Source: Rhabdochlamydiaceae bacterium (GTDB lineage Bacteria > Chlamydiota > Chlamydiia > Chlamydiales > Rhabdochlamydiaceae). Taken from it: a stretch of 64,000 bases of DNA. Shown here in pieces: positions 42,736-54,996 of this stretch. Position 1 is the stretch's first letter. Each line of letters opens with the position of its first letter. The stretch covers positions 160,001-224,000 of the forward strand of contig JAJREF010000005.1 in NCBI GenBank assembly GCA_047459655.1, read 5' to 3'. A model generated the notes under the pieces. That model was given only the letters and a program-made list of their open reading frames with translations, did not search any database and had not been told where the DNA came from. A program made the translations under genes and the position numbers.

Positions 42736-45385
42736 TCCCCCAATTTTTTCCAATTGAAATATGAACTTTAAGGGGAACCTTTAATTGAATTACCGTTTCC
42801 ATCGAGTGCTTTACGTTGGTAGAAAGTTTCTTGACTTCGTCATCGGGAGACTCAAATAATAATTCATCGTGGATCTGGAGAAGCATATGCCCCATGTTTT
42901 TATGAGCCTGTAGATATGAGTCTATTTGAATCATTGCTATTTTGATCAAATCGGCAGCTGTTCCTTGTAAGGGGGTGTTCACAGCTAGCCTTTCTGCAGC
43001 AGCACGTACCATGGGGTTTTTGCTTTCGATGTCAGGGATGGGGCGCTTCCTGCCGGTGATTGTAATGGCAAGGCCTGTTTTGTGAGAGCTTTCTTTGCAA
43101 AACTCAATAAATTCTTTTACCCTTTTGTAGCGCTTAAAGTAGGTTTCTATGAAAGAGGAGGCTTCTTTATAAGGAATGCCAAGACCTTGCGAGAGTCCAA
43201 AAGCCTGCTGCCCATATAGTATGCCAAAGTTAACAGCCTTTGCTTTTTGGCGCATTTCAGAAGTAACCTCTTTGAGGGGATATCAAAGACCAAAGACGCG
43301 GTATATGTGTGGACATCTTCATCATCTTGGAAAGCTTTTAATAGGATAGGGTCTTCTGATAAATGGGCAAGAATACGTAGTTCAATTTGGGAATAATCAG
43401 CGGATAAAAAACTCCAGCCTAATTCTTGTGGTTTAAAAGCTTCACGTATTTTTTTTCCAGCAAGGGAACGGATCGGAATATTCTGCAAATTAGGCTGTTG
43501 GCAAGAGAGCCTTCCAGTTGCAGTCACAGATTGATTGAATGTGCAGTGGATACGCCCTGTCTTTGTATTGATCATTTGGGGGAGTGAATCGACGTAAGTT
43601 GAGCGTAATTTTTCGGTGACGCGGTATTCGAGAATTTCTTTAACGATGGGGTTGCCTTCATGCAGCTCCTCTAAAACATCAGCATTGGTTGAATAACCTG
43701 TTTTAGTTTTTTTGGGAGGTTTGATCCCCATTTTTTCAAATAGAATCAGGCTCAGTTGTTTAGGAGAATTGAGGTTAAATTCCTCTCCAGCTAGCTTGTA
43801 GATGGTAGTTTCCAGTCTTTTTATATCGGAAGCTAACTCATGGGACATTTTTTTAAAATATCAGCATCCATAAAAATCCCTTGTCTTTCCATCGATAAAA
43901 GAATGGGAACTAAAGGAAGTTCAATTTCTTGTAAAACAGGTAAGAGATCTTCTTTGGCAAGCTCTTGCTCAAAGCGCTCTTTCAGACGGAGCGTGCAGTC
44001 TGCATCTTCACAGCAATAGACGGATACGCTTTCTATAGGGACATCTTGCATAGAAAGACTGGAACTTCCCTTCCCGATTAAATCGGTAATCGGAATTTTT
44101 ATTTTATGTAATTTTTCCAAAGAGACTTGATCGAGATTATGGTGAGGGTTTTGAGGGCTCAAAAGGTAGGAAGCTAAAATTGTATCAAAGGTGATGTAGG
44201 GTAAAGGCAGATCTTCATTGGCTAGTACATGAAGATCGTATTTTACATTATGTCCATAAAAACCAGCATTGGGATTCATAAACAAAGTCTTTAGTTTTTC
44301 AAAGATAGTTTTTTTTGGTAGATCTCCATTCATTGGAATGTACCAAGCTTCAAAGGGACGTATTGCAAATCCTATGCCCACTAATTTTGCTTCCATTGGC
44401 TTAAGCGTGGTTGTTTCTGTGTCAAAGCAAATGGAGGGAGCCTGTGAAAGAGCGCTCATCATTTGCTCTAAACTTTCAGGGCTATTTACAAGCGTGTAGG
44501 TAACAGGTTCTTCTTCTTTTTTAGGAGGATGCGAGGTGTCTAATTCTTTAAGGAGAGAAAGAAAGTTCATCTCTTGATAGAAGAGTTTCAGTTTTTCCAT
44601 GCTAGGTTCTTTGAGGTGAAAAAACGTATCCTCTTTAGGGAAGTCAACATTTGGGTCAATTGTTGCAAGCTTTCTGCTCAGCAGGGCAATTTCTCGGCTA
44701 TTGCGCAACGTGGTTTGTTTTTTTTCGCCAGGAACCACCTCGGGATGATCTAAAAGGTAATCCAAAGTTTCAAACTTTTTTAGCAATTCGGCGGCTGTTT
44801 TTGGTCCAAACCCCTCAATCCCTGGAATATTATCGGATGCATCTCCTGTAATTGCCAGGTAGTCGACCATCTGTTCAGCCTTGATACCAAATAACTCTTC
44901 CACCCCTTTTTATCGATGATTGCATTTTCCTTATGAGGGTGAACAAGAAAAATTTTATCACTGACAAGTTGGCATAGATCTTTATCGCTGCTGCAGATGA
45001 ATGTTTTAATTCCCTGTTTTTCTGCCCACAGGGCAATGCTGCCCAGGGTATCGTCTGCTTCTACTCCAGGAATAGAAAGGGCTGGAATCCCTGCAAGCTC
45101 ACACCATTCGATAGAACGCATTAGTTGAGGAACAAGATCTTCCGGCATCGCTTTACGGTGTTTTTTGTAATCTGCATATAGCTCAGTACGCGCTTTTTTA
45201 TTATCAGGGCCATCGAAGACAGCCACCACATAATCAGGAGAAAAATCTTCAATGATCTTGTATATCGAACGGATAAATCCAAAAAGAGCATTGGTAGATA
45301 CTCCCTGAGGATTGGTCATGTTTCTAATAGCATAATACGATCGAAAAAGAAAATTGACCGCATCAACGAGATATAATGTTTTCAT
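42729..45385 (-). CDS. polA: DNA polymerase I, several frameshifts
   Basis: VEADD, GDASDNIPG, TATGRLS, ADYSQIELRILAH and QIHDEL motifs. Confidence 0.97.
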
Positions 45386-46426
45386 ACCCTGACGGGGTGT
45401 AAAGATACAGTAACTTTCCTGCTAATTCGGGGCTAAGTTGGTAAGGAAGATCGAAGGAATGAACGATTTTCCCCTGCTTAAATATCGATTGAGTGAGCCC
45501 AGATAGAAAGGGTTGGGGGAAGAGAGCTGAACAACTTGGTAGGGTTGCTCTCCGTCGATTCCAGCGGCGTGTGTAAGATCCATAAGACTCATATTATAAT
45601 CACTGTTTGCATGGTCAATATATCCATAGGTTTCTGCGGTTTGCGCAATGAATATATTGGCTCCATATTCTCCCACTAACTTCTCTTTGGTAAGTTTTGG
45701 TCTTGCTTTAGACACGATGCCTATGAACTGATCATACATAGCTAATATAACAGTTTGTATAGAGGCTCCCTCGCTTGGTCCCCAAGGGCGAAAAGGATTA
45801 AGTTCATCTTTATCTTTGCCAGCGGTAAGAGTAAGGGCGGAGACACCTATTTTTGTCATTGCATCAGCAAAGTTAAAATTAGGGCCTAATCGAACTCCCA
45901 CTGAACCAATGATGCTAGAAGGTGTAGCATAAATTTTATCACTGGCACAAGCAATATACACTCCTCCAGAGGCACAAATTCCATCTACGTACGTATAAAT
46001 AGGCACCTTGTACTTGTCTTTGTAGTTCACAAGAGCTTTATAAATGCTGTCTGCTTCAGAAGCAACGCCTCCTGGAGAGTTTATCCTTAGGAGAATGCCT
46101 TTTACGCGATTTCCTTTGAGCATATCTTCTTGCGAGTCAAGAAGGACATCTTGGATTTTTTCAGCTGTTAAATCTCCTACCCCAATCACGCCTGAAAAAT
46201 CGATGCGTAATATAACGGGTGCATTAGCAGGTAGAATTGCTCTGTTTCCATGTGCATCAGGCATCACTGTCAACTCTGATTTAGGAGGAAGGTAGTTGTT
46301 TCCACCCACCATTGTGATGCCCATAAAGACGACAAGAAGGCCTAAAGAGAGTCCCACTATCAGAGCAAACGATGAGCAAAAAGAACGAACCGCTCCCACA
46401 AAAACAGACTCGCGTGTGAAATGCAT
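45382..46426 (-). CDS. sppA: S49 family peptidase (SppA/SohB-like), frameshift near the 3' end
   Basis: INSPGG, CASGGVYIA and IIGSVGV motifs. Confidence 0.88.
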
Positions 46427-46565
46427 ATGAGACTCCCTTGTAACTCACCTTGCCCAAAAAGGAAGGTGAGTCTGTAAACATCTTATGCAAGAAATAGATT
46501 TTGCTCCAAGCGTTATCTTGCAAACCATCTTTACTTACATTAAATTAGAGGAAAATGGGGTGTCT

Positions 46566-47615
46566 ATGGGTTCATGGAGTGAGCTATGGTGGGTGGAGAT
46601 CTTAATAGGGCTACTTTTGTTAACAATTGTCCAGTTAGGAACAAGAAAAATTATCTGTGTTATAAGAAAAAAACAGATGAAATCTCCTTTGAACTGGCGT
46701 TACCGGATTGGTAGCATCATTCAACCTCCTATGACACTTGTGTTGTGGGTGGTTGGGGTGGTATACGCCATAGAAATTATCGGGCAAAGGTTTGGTTTTG
46801 TTATTTCTGTAACCTATATGCACTCCTTTAGAAATGCTCTTATTGTAGGGGCTGTTTCGTGGCTTATATTGAGATGGGCCAATGATTGTCAGAAGTCTCT
46901 TTTGTTAGAAGGGTCTAGAAAGGTCGATATAACAACAATTCAAATGATTGGAAAGCTTGTAACGATTTGTATCATTTTTGTGTCGGGTCTCACGGTCATG
47001 CAAATTTTTGGACTCAGTATCGCGCCCCTTCTTGCTATTGGAACAATTGGAGGTGTTTCTTTAGGTTTTGGCGGTAAAGATATTATTGCAAACTTTTGCT
47101 CAGGGATTATCTTTCAAATGACGCGACCATTTGTTATTGGAGATCTCATTTATTTGCCCGAAAAAGCCCTCGAAGGGGTCGTAGAAGATATAGGATGGTT
47201 TCGCTTGCTTATTCGTGACAAGGAAAAAAGAGAAGTATCTCTTCCAAATAATTTCTGCTCTACTTTGTTGGTTATCAATATTTCAAGAATGACTCATCGG
47301 AGGATTAGACAGGTATTAAAACTGCCTTTGGGAAAGATAAAGCATGTTGTGGAAGTAACAGAAAAAATCAAGAAAATGCTCATGTCTCATTCGGCCTTAG
47401 ATGCATTATTATCTATACAAGTGCATGTGCATGAAATTGGGGATTATTCCTGTAATGTAGAGATCGAAGCGTTTTCTAAAGAAGTAGACCTTGATAAATT
47501 CAACGAAGTGCAACAAGAGATTCTCCTAAACGTGCAAAATATTTTAAAAGCGGAAGATCTACAGATGGCGGTGCAGCCAATTCAGCTCATCGATTCAAAG
47601 CAGGATGTTGTTTGA
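46566..47615 (+). CDS. MscS family mechanosensitive channel
   Basis: LGFGGKDIIANF..RPFVIGD..GVVEDIG motif. Confidence 0.9.
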   Translation: MGSWSELWWVEILIGLLLLTIVQLGTRKIICVIRKKQMKSPLNWRYRIGSIIQPPMTLVLWVVGVVYAIEIIGQRFGFVISVTYMHSFRNALIVGAVSWLILRWANDCQKSLLLEGSRKVDITTIQMIGKLVTICIIFVSGLTVMQIFGLSIAPLLAIGTIGGVSLGFGGKDIIANFCSGIIFQMTRPFVIGDLIYLPEKALEGVVEDIGWFRLLIRDKEKREVSLPNNFCSTLLVINISRMTHRRIRQVLKLPLGKIKHVVEVTEKIKKMLMSHSALDALLSIQVHVHEIGDYSCNVEIEAFSKEVDLDKFNEVQQEILLNVQNILKAEDLQMAVQPIQLIDSKQDVV

Positions 47616-48123
47616 TATGGAAGAGCTCTCTAAGAGCTAGGGCTCCAAATAATACAAACAGGAAGTAGGTGTACCAAGGAAGGTGGATCTGTAAGGTGTG
47701 GGCAATAAGTACAAAAAATTGTAGGGCTGTTGAAATCTTCCCCCATTTAATAGCACGAAATTGATAGCTTTGCCAGTACCCGGAAAATACCAAGTAAATT
47801 CCAAAAGCACATAGAGCGATGTCTCTAGATACCATGCTTCCGGCTTGCCAAAAGGAAAGTTTTTGTTCTAACACAAAGACAATCAGAGCAAAAAAGACAA
47901 AAAATTTATCCATTGCTGGGTCAAGAATAGCGCCGAAACGGGTGGTTCCTTGATACTTACGCGCAAAATATCCATCAACACTATCAGTGATCATAGCTAA
48001 AATGATCGCTGTTACGCGGACAGCTACATTATCTATCAGGAATAGAAATGCCAAGGGCGCGCGCATTAGAGAAAGGCTGTTGGATAGACTAAATATTTTT
48101 GAATTGAGCGACTTCACAGGCAA
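47587..48123 (-). CDS. pgsA: CDP-alcohol phosphatidyltransferase (PgsA-like)
   Basis: TDSVDGYFAR..TRFGAILDPAMDK motif. Confidence 0.85.
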   Translation of the reverse strand: MPVKSLNSKIFSLSNSLSLMRAPLAFLFLIDNVAVRVTAIILAMITDSVDGYFARKYQGTTRFGAILDPAMDKFFVFFALIVFVLEQKLSFWQAGSMVSRDIALCAFGIYLVFSGYWQSYQFRAIKWGKISTALQFFVLIAHTLQIHLPWYTYFLFVLFGALALRELFHIKQHPALNR

Positions 48124-48208
48124 TTTTTAGATATTTCTGTAGTTTTTTTTCTACTGTTCAAAGGAAACAATTTCATATTTCAGCTGCATCAAAGCGCCGA
48201 ATGTAAAA

Positions 48209-48811
48209 TCATTTCCTGCGAACGGCATTGTACCAAATAAAGGCAATTAACGTCACACCTAAAGAGATGAATATTAGAAAATGAAAGTTTTTTAAGTATG
48301 CATAGAGCGTCTCGTGGTTTTCTCCAATTTTATAGAAGAGGTAAAAACAGGAGGAGCTCCAAATAGAGACGGCAACTAGATCCCATAGAAGAAATCTTAT
48401 GAAGGAGAAAGAACTGATCCCAATAGACATAAACATGCAATTGCGGACCCCAAAAGGAATGAACCTCCCTATGATAAGGGTGATAAGCCCCCGTTTATGG
48501 TAAAACTTCTGGATTTTTTCCAGGCGCTCGGGAGGTAAAAGCTTGGCAAACCAGGAAAAGGTCAGCAGTTTTTTACCTCCGAGGCGTCCGACCCAATAAG
48601 CGATGGCTGCGGAACAAAAGCTTCCCAATGATATTGCAAGAAACAGGTGAATGGTGTGCTCTGGGACAACCGTAGCTGCAAGAAGGCCCGATGTCATGAT
48701 CAAGAGGTCGATACTAATGGGAATGCTAAGCCCTGCAATTAATGCTCCTCCGAAGATTAACCAATGAGCGTAGCCGCTGTGCTGTGTGATCCACTCTATC
48801 AATGTCGTCAT
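48209..48811 (-). CDS. DedA family membrane protein
   Basis: AYWVGR..FY.KRG..IGRFIPFGVRN motif. Confidence 0.9.
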   Translation of the reverse strand: MTTLIEWITQHSGYAHWLIFGGALIAGLSIPISIDLLIMTSGLLAATVVPEHTIHLFLAISLGSFCSAAIAYWVGRLGGKKLLTFSWFAKLLPPERLEKIQKFYHKRGLITLIIGRFIPFGVRNCMFMSIGISSFSFIRFLLWDLVAVSIWSSSCFYLFYKIGENHETLYAYLKNFHFLIFISLGVTLIAFIWYNAVRRK

Positions 48812-48851
48812 ATCCTATCAATGATACTAATAGGATCCTTTAAATGGAAGG

Positions 48852-48990
48852 ACCTGTCCTGATAATAAGTTTTTGTTAATTTTTCGTTTTACCAGAGTTA
48901 TGCAGAGGTCTGTACACAGTGGATATTGCCCCTTGCAAAAGAGTCCAAAATAATCGCAAAAATCGACAGAAACTTATTATTAGGACAGGT
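48852..48990. repeat. about 139-bp degenerate palindromic element
   Basis: ACCTGTCCTGATAATAAGTTT / AAACTTATTATTAGGACAGGT termini; internal CCAAAATAATC..AAAATCGAC shared with 35228-35393. Confidence 0.8.
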
Positions 48991-49093
48991 TCAAAATGTG
49001 TTTTTTAGTTTTCATGTTTTTTGTTAATTAGTTTTATTTACTTGAAATATAATTCTTATTATTATAATTTGTAATTAAAGCGCGGAGGCTATT

Positions 49094-49426
49094 ATGAAGT
49101 CAAAAAATTTATCAATTGAGGCTAATTTAGCAGGTGCTAAGGCAGCTGCCAGGAAGATGATGGCAGAGTGGGCTCGCTGGAAATCTACCCATGATGCCGC
49201 GGAAAAGCAGGAGTGTTTAGCTAAGTATGCCGCTGCTGTGACTAGTTGCAAGGTTTTCATCGAAAACTATCTCAAAAGACTCTATCCCAATGAATTGCTA
49301 CCAGCAAAAGTCAGTAAAGATATTCAGAATATTGTGTCAGATATTGAACAAATTGAGAGTATCAGTGAGAAACAGTTTCAAAAAATTTTTAAAGATATTG
49401 ATCAATTATCTAAGGACGCTGCTTGA
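49094..49426 (+). CDS. hypothetical helical protein
   Basis: 110-aa ORF with a GGAGG RBS. Confidence 0.7.
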   Translation: MKSKNLSIEANLAGAKAAARKMMAEWARWKSTHDAAEKQECLAKYAAAVTSCKVFIENYLKRLYPNELLPAKVSKDIQNIVSDIEQIESISEKQFQKIFKDIDQLSKDAA

Positions 49427-50974
49427 GGTAGTTTCAAGTGGGGTCGGCTCTGGGGCTTTTTCTTCATCTGGAATGTTAAGTACTTGTTGTTCAGCGGTGA
49501 GCTGGTGAAATTTCTTGCCAAGAGCTTTCGCAGAGAAGATCCAAGCAAATATAGCTAAAAGCAGTAACCCTGCGACGATAGGGGTGCTGCCCATAATGGA
49601 TCCAAAGCACATCAAGAGCACTTGGTAGACCAAGGCTCCTCCTGATTTCCCAAGTCTAGATCCAACGCCGTCAATCGCGGCCTTTCCTTTTGACTTGCAT
49701 TCTTGGCTCAAAGGTACAAAGGCAAGCTCTTTTGTAGCGTCAACTAAGCTATATTTGGTTCCTCTAAGGAGGCAGTTTTGGAGAGATCCCAAAAAGACGG
49801 CAACGCCTAGGGGGGTTGATCCAACTGTAGCGCAAACACCTAAAAGAGAGTCTTTGGGGATGAGTAAGCAGGCAAAAAACAGGACGCCCGTGATCAATGT
49901 AACAATAGGGGAAATGAGCGCGCTAGCTGTCCATCCAAACGACCTGATCATATTGCCTGATACAAATAAGGAAATGCTGGCCGCTACGATGCTGCTCCAA
50001 AAGACAACAGTTCCAGTATAAGCATTAAAGTCGGCGGGATTCGGATACAGCTGATTGACTTGGTCTTTCCAGAACGACTTCGACTAAATTCATGACGATA
50101 TTGAATGTAACAACCAATACAGCAATAAGAATAAGGTAACGGGATTTTGCTAGGTAAGAAAAATTTTTGCGGATCCCCATCTTAATGGGAACTCCTTATG
50201 AGCACTTTCGATTTCCTGGGTATATCCTAGCCCCCTTGCGTTTAACCACCAATAAATACCGATACACAAGAGGCCGGTGCCTATTACAATAAGGTTTAAA
50301 AAGGCAACCGATTGATCCCATCCGTTAGATCCAAAAGGCAACGAAGGGTTAAAATTATGGGTGGAAAGAGCAGGAGAAATAAGCCCCTGCTGCGATGCCT
50401 GATAAGTTAGTCCCTATGGCAAAAAGGCCATAAAAACGCTTTGCATCTTTGACAGAGGTCACATCATTGGCAAAACCCCAGAATAAGACGGTCATGATCA
50501 TGGTGCTCCACATCTCGGCCATGACATAAAAAGTTGTAAAGGTCCAGTTTCTAAAGAGAGCAACAAGCCCCTTCATCCCTGCGGGAAGATAGGTTTGCAA
50601 AGTGTCGGCAAGCGCATGGGGATGGAGGGAGTCTCTATTAGGGTAGAGAAAGATCGTAAATATCGCAAAATAAGCAATATAGAAAGACATCATGGCATAG
50701 AAAACATTCCGCTTCGAAAGATAATTTGAAAACCTGGTGAAAATGAGAGTCATCAAGAGGGCCATGGGTAGAACAGCCCAAACTTTCAGAAAAGGTAGGG
50801 TTTCAGCACCCGACTGGGGGCTGTGACGACAAAGGTATCTTTTACAATTCGAAGGATATAATAATTAAAGCAGATGAGAAAAATCATTAGAAGCATCGGG
50901 ATGAACTTTCGGTGTTCACTCCGATGTACAGGCCACAAGAATGCCCGTATAGTACTAAAACCTTTAATACTCAT
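49406..50974 (-). CDS. second Npt/Tlc nucleotide transporter, several frameshifts
   Basis: FYVMAEMWS..LFWGFAN and KGKAAIDGVGSRLGKSGG motifs. Confidence 0.9.
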
Positions 50975-51073
50975 GCACCCCTAATTTTTGAGAATCTAAT
51001 CATCTCAATAAATCAAACACGAATCCCCTCTTATTATACAAAATTGCTTTTAAAGAGCAACTCTTATCCTTCT

Positions 51074-51140
51074 GAGGCAGTTGCAAAACTCAGGGTTCGT
51101 CGAATTTCGGGATTGTTTTGACCAATTTTTGCAACTGCCT
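51074..51140. repeat. palindromic element (GAGGCAGTTGCAAAA family) with an internal segment shared with 35228-35393
   Basis: AGGCAGTTGCAAAA / TTTTGCAACTGCCT arms; internal 32 nt match the 35228 element at 27/32 positions. Confidence 0.85.
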
Positions 51141-51147
51141 ATTCTAT

Positions 51148-52347
51148 TTATTTTTTGTCGGAAAGGGCATCTATTCCAGGCAGATGTCCAAATTCTAAAT
51201 ATTCGAAAGCCGCTCCTCCTCCTGTAGAAATATGGGAAAATGCGCTCGCAAGGCCTAAGGAGTTGATGGCAGCGACAGAATCTCCTCCTCCTACAACGGT
51301 TGTAGCTTTTAGGGAGGCAATCGCTTTAGCAATCTCTTGCGTCCCTCGCGCAAAGAGAGGAAATTCAAAAACGCCCAGAGGTCCATTCCAAAATACGGTG
51401 GCAGCATCCTGGAGTGCTTTTGTCCATATTTGAACGGTTTGAGGCCCGATGTCAACACCTTGCCATCCTTTAGGGATCCCCTCTTCAACACGGATCGTTT
51501 TATACGTCGCATCTTTACGAAAAGCGTCGGCAATAACGAGGTCTACGGGGAAATAGATTTTTGTTTTAGAGGATGCCTCTAACAAAGAGAGGGCCTGTTG
51601 TAAGGAGGTTTCGTCATAGATGGAATCGCCGATTTCAATCCCTTGAGCTTTTAAGAATGTGAAGGCCATGCCTCCTCCAATAAAAAGAGCGTCCACTTTG
51701 GAAAGAATAGATTTTAAAACACCCAATTTTGTAGAAATTTTTGCTCCTCCAATCACTGCAAAGAAGGGGTGGGAAGGATTCTTAAAAAGAGGGTTTAGAA
51801 AGGCAAGTTCTTTCTGTATTAATAATCCCATTGCTGATTTGTTGGGCAGTAAGCTGGGCACAATAACAGTTGAGGTGTGGGCTCTGTGAGCTGTCCCAAA
51901 GGCATCGTTGACATAAAAATCTGCAAGGGTAGCGAGTTGTTTTCCAAAGGTGGAGTCTAGGGAAGGTTTTTCTTCTGCTGGGTAGAAACGTAAATTTTCT
52001 AGAACCAGTACTTGTCCACCTTTTAGTTCTTGAATAGCTTTTTCTGTTTCTTTACCCACACAATCCGTTGTAAAGAAAACAGGAGCAGCGATCAGTTGAG
52101 AGAGTCGTTTAGCGCATATCCCTAGAGAATACTGTATATCCCGTTTTGACTGAGGTTTCCCCAGGTGGCTGATCAAGATAACACTGCCGCCTTGATTGAG
52201 GATATATTGAATGGTAGGTAGAGCTTCGCGAATTCTTGTATCATCAGAAATGGTTCCATCTTTATTTAATGGAACATTGAAATCGACTCTGACTAAGACT
52301 TTTGACCCTTTGAGAAGAAGGTCTTCAACGCGTAGTTTATTGACCAA
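51148..52347 (-). CDS. pgk: phosphoglycerate kinase
   Basis: RVDFNVPL, NDAFGTAHRAH, VGGGDS and HISTGGGA motifs. Confidence 0.97.
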   Translation of the reverse strand: MVNKLRVEDLLLKGSKVLVRVDFNVPLNKDGTISDDTRIREALPTIQYILNQGGSVILISHLGKPQSKRDIQYSLGICAKRLSQLIAAPVFFTTDCVGKETEKAIQELKGGQVLVLENLRFYPAEEKPSLDSTFGKQLATLADFYVNDAFGTAHRAHTSTVIVPSLLPNKSAMGLLIQKELAFLNPLFKNPSHPFFAVIGGAKISTKLGVLKSILSKVDALFIGGGMAFTFLKAQGIEIGDSIYDETSLQQALSLLEASSKTKIYFPVDLVIADAFRKDATYKTIRVEEGIPKGWQGVDIGPQTVQIWTKALQDAATVFWNGPLGVFEFPLFARGTQEIAKAIASLKATTVVGGGDSVAAINSLGLASAFSHISTGGGAAFEYLEFGHLPGIDALSDKK

Positions 52348-52421
52348 GTTTATCTATCCCCTAAGGAAGCTACACATAACTGGAGATTAATGATAAAGTC
52401 AAAAAACAGCCAACTAAATTG

Positions 52422-53170
52422 TTACAAATTTGAAAAGGGATTGGAGGCTGTGTTAAATCCCGGCCCTTTTTTTCGTTTTTGGAGCTCTGTACGGATGGAG
52501 AAAATAAGGTCTTGATCAAAATCTCCACGGGAGGCCCATTGGAGATATTCTATGGGGATTTCATTGAAAGGTCTTCCTTTGTACTTTCCTAGCGGCATTG
52601 CTTTGAGCAGGATGGGTTTTTTTAGCCGTTCAAAGAGTTGTTCTGTTGTTTTAAAGGAAGTTGCTAAATGTTTGAAGACTTCAATGTTAACAATCACATC
52701 ACTCATAGCTCTATGTGCGCCTTCAGATTGGATGTTGAAATGCTGTCGCAGTTTCTCTAAAGAGTTTGTCGGGCTTTCTCCATATAATCTAGCCATGCGG
52801 AGCGTGTCGATAGTTTGATTGGCTTCTAACTTACAAGGAATCTGATTGCGCTTTGCAGATTCACAGAGAAACAATAAATCTAGCTTAATCCCATGTCCTA
52901 CAATGATATGGTTCCCCAAGGAGGCTAAAATAGCGGGGAGAACTTGTTGGATTTTTGGCTTATCTTTCACCATGAGATCCGTGATATGGTGGATTTCTAT
53001 TGAGGGGGGCTGATTTTACAATCGGGGTTAATGAGTGTTTCATAATTTTCTATGATTTCAGAGAATGTGAATTTAACAAATGCGATTTCGATAATGCGGT
53101 CATTTCTTCCATCTAAACCTGTTGTTTCACAGTCCAAGCAACAGAAGATGTCTTTGTCAATTAGTCCCAT
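52422..53170 (-). CDS. dnaQ: DnaQ-like DEDDh exonuclease with C-terminal DUF3820-like region, frameshift near 53010
   Basis: LDCETTGL, HRAMSDV and MPLGKYKG motifs. Confidence 0.85.
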
Positions 53171-53762
53171 AGATCCTTTTATTGATGTTGCTGGCCAGAT
53201 TTTTTTTTGAGATGGAATCTTTAATAGAGTAATGTAGGGCGCTATGTTGTTTTAATTCTTTCAGAGCAAGCTGCGCTTGTTTCTCCCTTTCATGAGGCGT
53301 GAGTGTGTCTGACTTTGTAAATATGATTAAAATAGGTTTTTGATAATGCTCTGCCCATAGTATGAGCGTTAATTCTTCTTCAGCAGGAAGGCGTCTACTA
53401 TCAATCAGAAGGAGCAAAAGTTTGAGACAGGGGCGATTTTTTAGATAGAGATCGATCCCCGTTGCCCATTCTTCTTGGAGAGTTTTTGATCTTTTGGCAA
53501 ATCCATATCCGGGTAAATCGGCTAAAATCAGTTTATCATCGACATTAAAAAAATTGATCGTTTGTGTTTTGCCAGGTAAAGAAGAAACCCGGGCCAAGTT
53601 TTTGTGGTTTAGTAAATGGTTGATGAGGGAAGATTTTCCTACATTTGATCTGCCTGCAATTGCAATTTCCGGAAGAATTTCTCCGTGCTTGCTGCGGAAT
53701 TCTGGGAAAGAAGTTAGGAAAGAGCCTAAGAAGGTGCCATGGACAAAGTTGCACTTTTTCAT
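53157..53762 (-). CDS. engB: ribosome biogenesis GTPase YihA/YsxC
   Basis: GRSNVGKSSLIN, PGKTQ, DLPGYG and TKSD motifs. Confidence 0.95.
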   Translation of the reverse strand: MKKCNFVHGTFLGSFLTSFPEFRSKHGEILPEIAIAGRSNVGKSSLINHLLNHKNLARVSSLPGKTQTINFFNVDDKLILADLPGYGFAKRSKTLQEEWATGIDLYLKNRPCLKLLLLLIDSRRLPAEEELTLILWAEHYQKPILIIFTKSDTLTPHEREKQAQLALKELKQHSALHYSIKDSISKKNLASNINKRIYGTN

Positions 53763-54184
53763 CTGATTACCTCAATTGTTCGAGAGGTGTCACCTGCATG
53801 AGAAAGGACAACTTTAATGGTAGATGGGGGTAGAAGAGCCGCTATTTTTTCAGACCACTCGATACAACAAATGCCGCCTGCTGTGAAAAATTCATGAAAT
53901 CCCAAAGCTACAAAGTCGGTGCCATTATTTAGTCTGTATAAATCGAAATGGTACACAGAAATATCTCCAGGGTAAATATGCAAATATGTGAATGTAGGAC
54001 TATGGACCTCGTCAGGAGAGATGTTTTGTAGGGTCGCAATAAGACTTTTTAAAAAGGTCGTTTTCCCAGAGCCCAGATCTCCAAAAAAAGCCACAATATC
54101 CCCTTGTGTTAAGGTAGCAGCAAATCTTTTTGCAAAAAGATCTGTTTCTTCAAGAGACGAAACCGTTAGTTTAAGATTCCTCAT
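53759..54184 (-). CDS. tsaE: t6A biosynthesis ATPase
   Basis: GDLGSGKTTF, SPTF, HFDLYRL and IEWS motifs. Confidence 0.95.
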   Translation of the reverse strand: MRNLKLTVSSLEETDLFAKRFAATLTQGDIVAFFGDLGSGKTTFLKSLIATLQNISPDEVHSPTFTYLHIYPGDISVYHFDLYRLNNGTDFVALGFHEFFTAGGICCIEWSEKIAALLPPSTIKVVLSHAGDTSRTIEVIR

Positions 54185-54908
54185 CAGTTGCACTTTCAAG
54201 CCATTGATTGAGATAAGGCGCAAACTCCTTTATCTCAGAGACGGCTTCAACAAAGGCTGAAATTTTGCTGTCATCTAATTGAGTTTGGATGAAGAGTAGA
54301 AAATTCTCTTCGATTTGGTAACGATTCTGGTTGGGGACTTCAACAAGCTCAAGAGTTTTTAACTGATTTTTGATGAAATCTTCAATGACCGCACTTTTGC
54401 TGTTAAAGAGTTTTCCTGTAACTGCCGAAGAAAAAACGATTTTTTTCATGGGCTCTTTACGCTTAACAATATAATTTTTGATCACTTCTGGATCTTCAGA
54501 CACAAAAAAGCGCTTGACGCGCAACCCGTTGAGTCTTTCTGTGTTTTCAGGGCATTTCGATACCCAGTCATAAATAGCATCTTGAGGATTCGGATGAGTG
54601 TTGTCTCCAAAAACCTTCCCTGTGTGAGGGCAGATATAAATTTTTTTAGTTTGATCGTTGACGCTTTGTTGCCCAAACTGAATTTTAATCTCTGTTTCTC
54701 TCCAGAGTTTTCCTTGCTCTTCTAGCCTGCGAACGAGGTCTTCTTGACTCTGATAGATGGTTTTTTCGCGCGCAAAAAGAACAGGTTTAATGTGGTGCTT
54801 TTTTTCAAGAAAATATAGATAAGTGGTGATCAGATCAGCCTTCTTGTTTTTTCTTAAGAAAGACAAGACCACTTCTTTTAAATTATCAGTAACAACAATC
54901 GTAGACAT
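54171..54908 (-). CDS. conserved chlamydial protein (DUF2709-like)
   Basis: KIYICP.TGKVFGDNTHPNPQDAIYDWVSKCPEN; adjacent to tsaE as in chlamydiae. Confidence 0.75.
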   Translation of the reverse strand: MSTIVVTDNLKEVVLSFLRKNKKADLITTYLYFLEKKHHIKPVLFAREKTIYQSQEDLVRRLEEQGKLWRETEIKIQFGQQSVNDQTKKIYICPHTGKVFGDNTHPNPQDAIYDWVSKCPENTERLNGLRVKRFFVSEDPEVIKNYIVKRKEPMKKIVFSSAVTGKLFNSKSAVIEDFIKNQLKTLELVEVPNQNRYQIEENFLLFIQTQLDDSKISAFVEAVSEIKEFAPYLNQWLESATDEES

Positions 54909-54996
54909 TATGCCTCAATTTTTATAACAGTCCAGGCTATCTTAAATCCCCTTAATCTTCAACTAAAAGATTGCAGTAGCGGGATATAATATTTTT

